Shown: piece after piece, positions 48,735 to 59,460 of the stretch | Layout: the number at the start of each line of letters is the position of its first letter | Numbering within the stretch: the first letter of the stretch is position 1 | Source: Zygnema circumcarinatum SAG 698-1b | Taxonomy: Eukaryota; Plantae; Zygnematophyceae | Direction: 5' to 3' | DNA length: 64,000 bases | Assembly (NCBI GenBank): GCA_037447605.1 | Contig: CM074815.1 | Location: forward strand, 1,922,001-1,986,000 | The notes under the pieces: generated by a model | Seen by the model: only the letters and a program-made list of their open reading frames with translations | Databases searched by the model: none | Told to the model about the DNA's origin: nothing | Translations under genes and position numbers: made by a program

Positions 48735-51481
48735 TCATATATCGACAGGAATGACAAGGCCATCATAAGAAAGCTCCACTGGTATACCCTCCCTGCATGG
48801 AGGAGGAACAAAAGACGAAAACAAAAATTGCTGGACCCCCTTTCAGAAGCGGTATGAAACAACATGCCTCAATGAGCTACAAACAAGGATGCTGGCTGAT
48901 TGATCTTGTGCACGCATCATAACAGTATGAATGGGAGTGCTAAGGATGGTGAAACCAAGTAATGTAAACAACAGAAGGAAGGGAAGGGGTCATTCAAAAT
49001 ACCTTAAACTCCATTCCGCAAGCTCCTGATTGTCACGTGAATGGTCGAACTCGTGGGTCATGCCGATCAAGAATGCCCGCTTTGGTCGTAGTTTTTGGAT
49101 AATGTCAAGACTCTGCTTCGAATGCAGATGTCAGTGAAGGGTATCCTAAAAGGCAATGAAAAAGAAAACGGGGGGAAAGGGAAAAAAGTGGGGGCAGCAG
49201 GCACTATATCAACAGGAGTGGGGGGACACCTCTGGAAACGAGACATGCGTGTTGTGCTTCGACACCTGCAAACAAGAGAAGGAGAACAGAGCCAATTCAA
49301 GATGCAGTTACAAGGAGACACAAGAGGGCGCAATCTGGCAAGCGTAATGCTAACAGCAATGATGAATTTCCCGTTGATTCTATACGCTTGAGCTTCACCC
49401 ACCTTGTATAGTGAGTCCAGTATAAGCAGATCCAATGCAGGTGAAGAGTCCCCTTCTGGACGCAGCACTGCCCTCCTTGCGCCCGCCAAGGATAACGCTC
49501 TTGCTTCAACTTGGAGAATCGACCCTACTGTCTGCCTGGAAGTGCGTCAAGAAAGCAGCAAAAACATACAAAGGTGGTTCGCACTCAGGAGGGGGGGAGC
49601 TACACACTCCGTTCAATCTCCGCAGGAATTCGGGACACGTCAGATATGTATGCCACTCGCTGTTTTGCACCGAACAAAAAGCCGAGGCAGATGTAATCCT
49701 CTCCATGCTTGACCTGCCATTCCAGTACAGCTCAGTTAAGCACAATCAGCAATGCACTGCCGAGACAAGCTGCTTGTTTAGCCGCTTTAGAAGCTCATAC
49801 CTCTTTTCTCGAGATAAAAGAAAAGCAAGAAACGAGGTTCATCGGAGACGCAGCATGTTAGCTAAGGAAACGAGGGTCCGGATCAAAAGCATGGGTAACA
49901 ATAAATACAAATACAAGGCATGCGATCAGGAAGATGCTTGAGCAAATGTGTGGACGGCCGTTTTGAAGGGAAGGAATCGAAACTTTACCGGCAGGGGGGT
50001 GATTTTCAAGCCGCAAACCTCGAAGGAGATCTCTGCATCCTCTTTGATGACATTCCAGTCTAATTGCGTCACTCGGCGTACTACCTCTGTATCTGAAGGC
50101 GGGGCGTTCGTACGTTTGCGCTGAACAAGGTACGGAAACTTAGTTTCAATGCTGCTCCCAAAAGCTTGAAAATGATATAGATTGAGATTTACTGCGGACG
50201 TAAACTTCTTCAATCAAGGAACTCGCCTCATCCAAGAGTCAATCTAAGGAAGAATCCCAGGTCACATAGGCACAAAGTCCACAGCTAAGCAAACGGACTC
50301 TCAATTTCACCTAATTTCATGATTCTTTCGCCTCCAAATGGCATGCAATGAAGTAACGTTACTTAGCATGAAAGGCATTTCAAGCCATGATCGATGGCTG
50401 AAATGCGAATGGCTACCATAGGGGAAGGTCCATGATCATCAGAATAAAGAGTCGCATCAGAGGCTGTGAGGTTGCCTAGGTGGGTGCACCAAGAAATATA
50501 CCTGGCCAGGCTATGCTCGGTGAGGTATACAGGCAGGGGAGGGATCCGATTGAGCGGATCAAAGGGCTGGATTCCTCTGATATCATCCAGCCCTAAGATT
50601 GCGTCCGCATGTTCATGAGTGAGGATGAGCTGCCAAGAAAACCGGCCTTGGAAGTCACCAAAGGGATCAAGAAGTTGCTAAATTTGGGTCTTCGAGGATT
50701 TGCATAAGGTAGCGAAGAGGAGAATAGTTTGGAGGGATTTTGTTCAATGGACATCTTGAAATTTAAAAAAAAAGTTGAGTCTACCGATACTTGCTCCTGT
50801 ACTTTGGTTAGTAAAGTGATTTGTCTACATGTAACATTGAGGACGGTCGAGGACTGCCGAAACCTCCGCAATGTACATGCAAGTAGTGCATGGACATGCG
50901 TGTAGGAATGTGTATGCATGTGATGCATGTAATAAGCATATGCATGTGCATCAGTATGACATGGCAACAAACTTACAGCGTCAATACGAGGGATTCCGCG
51001 CCGCACAAACCACCGCAAGACCTGCTCGCGGAAGCATTTCCCGGCATCGAACTGCAAGAACTTGAAGTCACCGCTCGGCTGCCGATACTTGATCACCATA
51101 GAAGGGTTGCACCTTTACACCGCACACATGGCATGGATCCATCCAAACTTTAATTTCTAAATCTGCAACAAAAGTACGCTCTGACATTTATCTATTGTAC
51201 GAAGTGAATGCGCTGCAGCCGAAAAGAGCGAGGCCAGGAGAGGCAGATAAAATCTGGGCATACCTGTAATCAGGATTCTGTTCAGGAGGGGAAGCGAGCG
51301 CCTTGTGGCAGACGGAGCAGGGAGGAGTCGTAGGGAGCAGAACGCAGTGAGGCGTGGGCACGCCTGTGGACGAGCCCGAGCCGATAATGACAAGCTCGGA
51401 GAGAAGCCCACGCCGCTCCGCCTCCATCTTCGTCTCTTTCTCGTCCGCCTCCGCCACCTCCGCCTCCGCCATGGCTGCCAT
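48735..51481 (-). CDS. Metallo-beta-lactamase-fold hydrolase (PhnP-like plant family); about 9 exons
   Basis: IIGSGSSTGVP..CSVC; RCNPSMVI..FDAGKCFREQV; LILTHEHADAILGLDDIR; KHGEDYICLGF..VAYISDVS; LDLLILD; HNTH; FLIGMTHEFDH; final exon EGIPVELSYDGLVIPVDI-stop. Confidence 0.92.
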
Positions 51482-51758
51482 GCGGGAAGAGCGAGGGAGG
51501 GGGAGACACGTGGGCCTTGTACGGCATTTAAGCATTGCACTCGTGCAGGAGGCCGACAGCCAATGGCGACGCGCCACGTATGTATGTCTATGTGCATGGC
51601 TGAATGGATGCGGCATGGGTCTCATGCATGGCCATGCATGCCATCACATGGCCATGAGCGTGGGTCACATGCATGGCCATGTGCGAGCTGGGAGAAAAGG
51701 TTCGCCCTTGACTTTTCTTTCTCCGGCAGGAGCAGAGCGCTGGATGAGGGCGGCAGCC
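51482..51758. promoter_or_regulatory. Short divergent (bidirectional) promoter shared by the MBL hydrolase and the pLGIC
   Basis: Opposite-strand ATGs at 51481 (-) and 51744/51759 (+). Contains ccacgt and clustered CATGCATG/CATGG motifs. Confidence 0.6.
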
Positions 51759-54700
51759 ATGGCTGCCGGTCTGCTTCAGATGATTCTGTATATTGTGCTC
51801 CTACTGCTGCTGCTGAATGCAGGAAATGCGCAGCAGGAGCAGCCCTTCAGGGGGCTGGGAAGCACTCCGCCCAGCGACCCGACAGATGTCTACATTTCCG
51901 CTACGTTGGATCGTCTCCTCAGTGTTGACGGTTAGTGGTGGATGTGATGTGAATAGGAAGGAATTTGGAGAGAAAAATATCGGCAGTGGGACGATGGGAG
52001 GGAGAGAGGGGAAGGGAGCAGAGTGAGAAACGGACAGGAAAGCAGGAAGAGGGACAGCTTGAGAGAGGGCGAAGCGAGGAGAGGGTACAAGTGGTGTGGA
52101 TAAATGGGATGAAAGTGATACATACGGAGATATTTTTTGCAAGCAAGAATTGGTGATGGGATTTGGTACTCGGTTCCGTCTACGAGTTTAGGGATCACTG
52201 GGAAGCCCCTGAAGAAATTCACTGTAAAGTTTCATAGCGACGAAGGCTAATCTGAGGGACAATTTGAAAGGATATGGTTGTTAGAGTTGCTGAAAATTGA
52301 CAGATATATCGCCTCTTTTCCGTGGTTGTGTAACAGACAGGGGTTACCGCTTCACGGCGATCCTATTCATTATCATCAGCTGGACAGATCCACGAAGTAG
52401 GCACGCTTCATCTCTATCGCGTACTAGCTGCATTAGGGGATGTGCAAATGAATTTGTAGAGATGCATATCGACATGTGTAATGCATTCTTTTGGCCGCAT
52501 TAAACTCCTTAATGTTCTATACAACAGTATGGCAACACCACCTTAATTGTCGCATGAACTGCAGTTGTTCTCACTCACTGGAGATCTGAACGATTTAAGA
52601 TGAGATTGATTGATTTCAAGTTCAAAACGATAGGGATGAAACTAGCTCTGCTTTTAATGGCTTTGGTAACACTGCTACTCGACCTTTATTTGCAGCCTAT
52701 TCATCCATGCTGGCCAGTTTGAACAGCACTTGCAAGAATTATTGCAGCACTACAATACCGTCGTCTAACTCCTGTTGTGACAATATCTGGAAGCCTGCAA
52801 TTTACTTGAACAATGCCATTCTATTTTCAGAAGAACGCATCCTATATGGTAAAGTGCCTAGCTCCTTGGCTACATTGGGATGGGAGGAAAGCAAGTAGAA
52901 GGAGAGCAGAGAAAGAACGAGCAGGAGCGAGAGAGTGTGGGAACGTGAGGATCCATCTGCATTTCATGATTTTTACGTAGCCTTGGCAAAGACAGAACGA
53001 GGCTAATAAGTTTTTGCAGGTTTCTAAAACAGCAGCATTTCTAAAACAGCAGTTTTTCAACTAAAAAGGACACGGCTGGTTCTCTGCGTTGCTTCTATTG
53101 TACCATTTCGACCTTCATTGACTTGATGATTGCATTCAGAATGGCATGATATGTCTGAGGCTACATCCCAGTTTCTATGTAACTGTATTGGCTACAGAGG
53201 AGCTTCAAATCGGAGGCCGAAATAACTCAGGGGTGCAGTGGGTTCAACGTCTGCTAGGTGGTCACCTTTCTGCCCTTGCAAATAAGGAGAAGAGGAAAAG
53301 TTGATTTTTTTTTGAAATGTTGACGCAGAGAGGGAAGGGGCCAGGGGAGGGGAGAGGAGTGAGAGAGAGAAATGGAGAGCGAGAGAAAAAGGGGGTAGAG
53401 TGACTGATGTGAGGTTTCGAACAGGGAAGGTTGTTCGCAGGCACATATTCGTCTGCAATGAATTTCAAGAGCTTCCCATTTGACTCGCAGGTGCCATGTT
53501 CGTCCCACCAACTTTGTCGACAGACCTTTTGGGTTCATTCATGGTCACACTTAAAACATAAATGGGGATGAATATGAGTCATCCTTCTAATGTGTGCTAA
53601 GAGGATTTAAAGTTGGTTTGAAAATATTGTAGAGAAATTACCTATCCTCTTGTTTGATGTCCAAGTGCTTCATTTTCCAGGAAAGAGCAATGTCTAAAAC
53701 CATATAGATAGTAACTTTTCGTGTTCCCTTCCAACCTGGCTATTCAACGCACGGGGGCTCAAAGTCCTGCATAGTTTATGGTGTGGTCTTAGCAGGCGGC
53801 CATAAGTTAAGTCCCACCTGTTCCTCTGTCGAGTGTGCAGGAATTGACTATAGAGATGGAGGCAAAGGATAGCAGAGTCCGCCTGCATAGCAGCTCTGTG
53901 GGCCTAAGCACAGGCATCTTCAAACTTCTCGGACAAGGAGATGACGTGTCAGGATGGCGCGTAGCCTCCATGTCTATTAGTGTCCGTAATGGGTCAGTTT
54001 CAGCTAGCAAAGATGAGGTGGTGCAGCTGAGCAGTAGTGAGTTCATGCCCCCCCTGCCCCCCCATGCATGCATGGCACTTCTTTCATGGTCCTCTATGCA
54101 TGCCCCATATGCATGATGTTCCCTCATCGCATGCCTTTCATGCTTGATTCTGCATGCAAGGTTTCTTCAGTACAGACAGAGTATGCATGTTCCTTTCTAC
54201 TGGAGAGAGAAGGTATTCCTTTAACCGATGGCATTGGATGTGCAGACGACCCCCTGCCCTACTGCCTTCTGAACCCTAATTGCTCCTCGGCAACAGAAAC
54301 CTCGGTTGCAGACATTGTGCTGCTAGTCAAACGGCTTAATAACTTCTTTGTGATCAATGTACGGTCTTTGACCCTCCACCTTCTGAAGCTGTAATGGAGA
54401 TGCAGCACTCATCTTGCAATCTTTGAAGTGACTTTGAGAGCCGGAGGGAGGTAGAACTGAAGAGCGAAAAGTGTGTTGGCTGTGATGTGTATATAGCAGC
54501 GCCCTGTTTTTCTGGAGTTGCTGTATCTCTAGAGTCTCCTTTCCCTGTTATAATGGCATGGAAATGGCTGATTTCTCTCTCTCTCTCTCTCTCGCTCTCT
54601 CTCCACTTCTCTCGCCGTTTCCAGATGGTGATCCCTATCGCCTTCACCGTTGCCCTCTCGTGGTCAGTGTTTCTTATTGATCCTCAAAAAGTCGGCACCC

Positions 54701-56157
54701 GGGTCACAATCACCCTCTCCCTCTTCTTTGCACTTGTCTCCCTCACTTTCGTCATCAACCAGCAGGTTTACTTCCCACTCCTCAACTCAGCAAACAGCAA
54801 AAAGTCGATTCATTCCTCCGCTCTTCCACTTTCCTTCACCTCCCTTTGCTTTCTGCTTACTAGCTTTGCTTGTAGTCATTCGGCAAAGTCCGTCCTTATT
54901 TCGAAAAGGTGCTATCCGAGCTACTTGTGTTTTTTTCTTTTTTTCTTTTCTCATATATCTGAACTGCTGCATGGGTCAGCTTCCTTCATCCTCCTACCTC
55001 ACCTGCATCCATTGGGTGCTTAGTCTCTCATACGTGGAGATTGCAGCCGCCGATATTGAGACTCTCTTTGTACATTACTCCCTCCGTCAAGTAAGAAAAT
55101 CTGACGCATTTTGGCCTATTCGTGTTGACGGTTCATATAAGACAACTTCCTGCAGCTAATTGTAGACATACTTCGAAGTTCAGAATGGATCAGCTATGTA
55201 AAGCACAAGTGTGTATTCTCCCGTTATGTTGTAGTAAACAGAACGGTTTGACCTCTGCAGGACTCCATGGAGCGTAGAAGAGAGTGGAAAAAGAGGCAGG
55301 CTGACTTTAGGCCCCGCTCTGTCTATGGAAGATTGACTCCTTGGGGACTTGCTCTTTCCGTTCACTCAAGTGGCCCCTCCACAGAGGAGCTGCTAACTGA
55401 GCCGAATTGGAGAAATAGAAGAGGGAGTGGGAGTGGGAGAGGAGGGACTTCAGACTCCCCTGCCCCTAAAGAGGAGGTTGAGCCTCTGTTGCAGAGTCAA
55501 GGGTCCATTAGTCCGACTTGGAGGGGCAGTTCACGGTTGGGAGGAGGGTCTGGTAGTCAAAGGTTGGCAGAGAGGGGGCGTCTCTCTATAGGGAGGACGG
55601 AGAGGGAAGGTGCGAGTGGCAGGAGGCTCAGCAGCAGTGGGGGGGAGACAAGTAGTGAAAGGACGGAGGAAGGCAGTAGTAGTCTGGGGAGGAGGGAGAG
55701 CGATGATAAGGAGCGGCTTCAAAAGTTGATGGGGAAGTTGGAGGAAACCTTGCCAAGTAAAGAGGTGGTTCTGAGAACCGTCCTGGAGGGTTCCAGTTGG
55801 AGGGGAGAAGAAGGGCAGAGAATCTTTTCACGAAAGCATTTCAACAGCCTAAAGGTGAGAAGTTTCTCCTTTTTGAGAACCTTCGTTCGTTCTTATCAGT
55901 ACCTCTCGTTAGGGACAGGCATGTAATTTTTGTGTTTGTGAGAGTGTTTTTTGCAGGCCATACACAAAAAGCTGCCGAGGAAAACGATCTTCCGAAGGCT
56001 AAGCTCGGCTCGACGGAAGATTCAAGAGCAGGAGAGTGTGGAGGAAGTCTCTGAGGGCGTGCTGGTGATAGACCAGCAGTGCCTTGTGGCCTTCCCAATA
56101 TTCTATGTAGTATCTGTCCTTTTGATCCTTGGAAACTTTGTGGGTCGGCCGGCTTAG
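51759..56157 (+). CDS. Pentameric ligand-gated ion channel subunit (Cys-less 'Pro-loop' receptor); 11 exons
   Basis: Signal peptide MAAGLLQMILYIVLLLLLLNAGNAQ; DVYISATLDRLLSVD; SWTDPR; CCDNIWKPAIYLNN; loop 7 MNFKSFPFDSQ; GDDVSGWRV; pre-M1 VKRLNNFFVIN; M1 MVIPIAFTVALSWSVFLI; M2 RVTITLSLFFALVSLTFVI; LPSSSYLT then M3; long cytoplasmic loop; M4 IDQQCLVAFPIFYVVSVLLIL. Confidence 0.9.
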
Positions 56158-57001
56158 GCTGTTAACTGAGTGCTCCCTTTATGTAGGGAAATGGGCCCTC
56201 AATGTTGTTCCAAAAGTGTATATAATATTCACCCCATGAAATATAATCTGTGTTCAAAAAGTCGCTTCACCAAACAGTGGACAGTTAATTTGGTGTTGTA
56301 AATGCAAGCGTTATGTTCTGGAGGATGTATGGTAAGCCCTATGGCCTATGGGGCTTTGGCTTACCCTAGCGATGGCCATGCTCAATGTGAAACAATGCCC
56401 ATGGGCTCCATGGCCCATGGGCCATGGCTGGACAGCATTCATAAGTTTATGATGTCGGCCTGACTGGAAATTTCCATAGAACACGCAACCCACGAGCGAG
56501 TTTCGCAACCTTGGAATGTTCTTTGTCAGTTTTTGATTTTGTTCCGTAAGGAAGTTCAACTAGAACGTGGAACCATAGAACGGCCGTTAAACGGCTGCAC
56601 ACGTGGCGCAAAAGGTGAATGCTCGGAAGGATTCGCCGTACGAATCCGCATCCACTTTGTTGACTTTGGTTTGATCAAAAAAATGGGTTGATCTGGCGGT
56701 TGAGAAGTGGATCCAGAGATCCATGATCGTACTTGTACCGGTCTGTTTCTGAATTTGGTGGAATCAATCCGATCTTCTTTTCAGTCAAATAGGTTGTGGG
56801 GCCTTTACTTTGGCCAATGATGAGTCGACACGTGTATAGATGGTACACGTGGTATGTTAACATTGGATCGTACGTTTTTGGTGTTGGCGAGTAGAGGTCC
56901 GGAACGGGCTTTAACTCAACTGAACCGAAAGGATGCCGTACAATTTTGTACTGTACATGAACGTACGGACGTGCAAGTACAGCTTGTGGCAGGGAAAAAA
57001 A

Positions 57002-58849
57002 GGGTAGTGTTATTTCCACCCCTTTTTTTGGATCCAAACACCCCTTCCCGGCCGGGCAGATTTCAAAATGGATTAAAAACAGAAAATGCTTTTTTCACAC
57101 CTTTTTGGAATCGATACCCACCTTCTTCCGTCGGCTGATTTTATTTTTGCTAACCAAGGAAAATGATACCCCGTCACTGCATTTTGAATACTGTATCCGC
57201 CTCCCTGAATTTTTTTTTTGAGGGAAAGAAATATCTGCCTGCCCGAATCTGCTCGGAGCGGACGATCCGTCCGCCACGAGATCGTTCGCGGGTGTCCGTC
57301 CTTTACAAGTGTGTGTCAATCGCAGCTGTCGATTCCCTCGCAGATCACACCACTGCAGATCACCGTTCGATCTGCAGCCGGGCTCGATCTTAGCGAATGG
57401 AAAGCGCCCACGAGTCCCGTCAAAGCCAAATCGCAAATGCGAGTGCGCGCGTCCTTCGGCCCGAGATCTCGTCATTGTTAGATCCCATCCAATCAACACC
57501 TGCCACGTGTTACATTTTAGACGTGGAAAATTTTGATTGGTCTAAGATCTCAATGTACGAAATTTTGGGTTCCTCAAGTTGTGACCTTACGATATTTGTA
57601 CGGACAAACTTTTGAGAGGACTTTGGCGGGATACGTGGGCACGTGCCATGTGCTGTGACCGAGCCCGGCTGCCGATCAAATAGTGATCTGCCGTGTTGCG
57701 ATCTGCGAGGGAATCGACGGCTGCGATTGACCGCAAGCGTGAAAAAAAATTCAGGTAGGCGGGATATTCAAATGGGGCGACGGGTTATCATTGGGTAGTG
57801 ATATTTCCACCCCTTTTTTGGATCCAAACACCCCTTCCCGGCCGGGCAGATTTCAAAAGGGATTAAAAACGGAAAATGCTATTTTCACACCTTTTTGGAA
57901 TCGATACCCACCTTCTTCCGTCGGCTGATTTAAACTTTGCTAACCAAGGAAAATGATACCCCGTCACCGCATTTTGAATACTGTATCCCGCCTCCCTGAA
58001 TTTTTTTTTTGAGGGAAAGAAATATCTGCCTGCCCGAATCCGCTCGGAGCGGAAGATCCGTCCGCCACGAGATCGTTCGCGGGTGTCCGTCCTTCACACG
58101 TGCGTGTCAATCGCATCTGTCGATTTCCCTCGCAGATCGCACCACTGCAGGTCACCGTTCGATCTGCTGCCGGGCTCGATCTTATCGAATGGAAACCGCC
58201 CACGAGTCCCGCCAAAGCCGGATCGCACGCGCGAGTGCGCTGCCACGTGTTAAATTTTTGACGTGAAAAACTTTGATTGGTCCAAGCTCTCAATGTACGA
58301 AATATTGGGTTCCTCAAAGTTGCGACCGTACGACACTTGTACGGACAACTTTTTGAGACGACTTTGGCGGGATACGTGGGCACCTGCCATTCGCTGTGAC
58401 CGAGCCCTCCTGCAGAGCAAATAGTGATCTGCCATGTTGCGATCTGCGAGGGAATCGACGGCTGCGATTGGCCGCACGCGTGAAAAAAAATTCACGTAGG
58501 CGGGATATTCAAAATGGGGTGACGGGTTATTTCCTTGTTTCGCAAAAATAAAATCTGCCGATGGAGGGTGGGTATCGATTCCAAAAAGGTGTGAAAAAAG
58601 CATTTTCCGTTTTTAATCCTTTTTGAAATCTGCCCGGCCGGGAAGGGGTGTTTGGATCCAAAAAAGGGGTGGAAATATCACTACCCTTATCATTTTCCTT
58701 GTTTCGCAGAAATAAAATCTGCCGATGGAGGGTGGTATCGATTCCAAAAAGGTTTGTAAAAAGCATTTTCCGTTTTTAATCCTTTTTGAAATCTGCCCGG
58801 CCGGGAAGGGGTGTTTGGATCCAAAAAAGGGGTGGAAATATCACTACCC
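57002..58849. mobile_element. Non-autonomous foldback DNA element (Mutator/hAT-like), internally duplicated
   Basis: Termini gggtagtgttatttccaccc and gggtggaaatatcactaccc are inverted repeats. A ~170-bp module occurs forward at 57002 and 57793 and reversed at about 58520-58686 and 58687-58849. Long inverted inner arms. Flanks carry gaaaaaaa on both sides (56994-57001, 58850-58857). Confidence 0.72.
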
Positions 58850-59460
58850 GAAAAAAAAAACACATTTCCTGATTCCTGATTTTTTTTTTGAATTTTCTTT
58901 TTCTGCCCGGGCAGACATGGAGTGCAGGGCAGCAAGTGGCAGGGGTAAGGCTCTCCTGTTCTGTGCCGCTGCCCTCCTGGGAGCAGTAGGTTGGAGAGGG
59001 AGAGAGGGAGGGAGGGAGAGAGCGAGAGGGAGAGGGGAAGAGGGAGAAGGGAAGTGAGGAGGAGGGAGGGGAGGAGGAGGGAGGGGGGGGGGAGAGGTGG
59101 GAAGCATTTGGTGGGAAGTGAGGGCAAGGTGGGAGGAGAGGGGGAGCAAGTGGGAGAGTGGAAAGGTCTGAGGATTGAGCGGTAAGGAAGAGAGATAAGG
59201 AGAGAAGGGAGCAATCGAGGAAGGAAGGAGAGTAGAGGAAATGAGGGATCAATGAAGGCTGGGTGGGTGAGAGAGGGAGTTATTGGAAGTGGATACGGAT
59301 CAGATCCTTGCTTGCATACATTGATGTCTGTAGGAAACATAGAAACGTCTGCAGTTCGTGGCTGCAGAGCTTAGGGCTACTGCAGATCGTAAGGTTGTTG
59401 TTCTTTTCTTGAGCTTCAAACCTTCCGTTAAATCAATTAGGGTTGTTAGGGTTAAGCCCG

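Noticed and set aside
53481-53490. Calling the channel a true Cys-loop receptor
   Set aside because: The loop 7 exon (GTYSSAMNFKSFPFDSQ) lacks the flanking cysteine pair, so it is annotated as Cys-less (Pro-loop).
50870-54190. CATG/RY-rich tracts at about 50870-50960 and 54060-54190 as regulatory elements
   Set aside because: They are intronic simple repeats. Their presence also lowers confidence in RY calls elsewhere.
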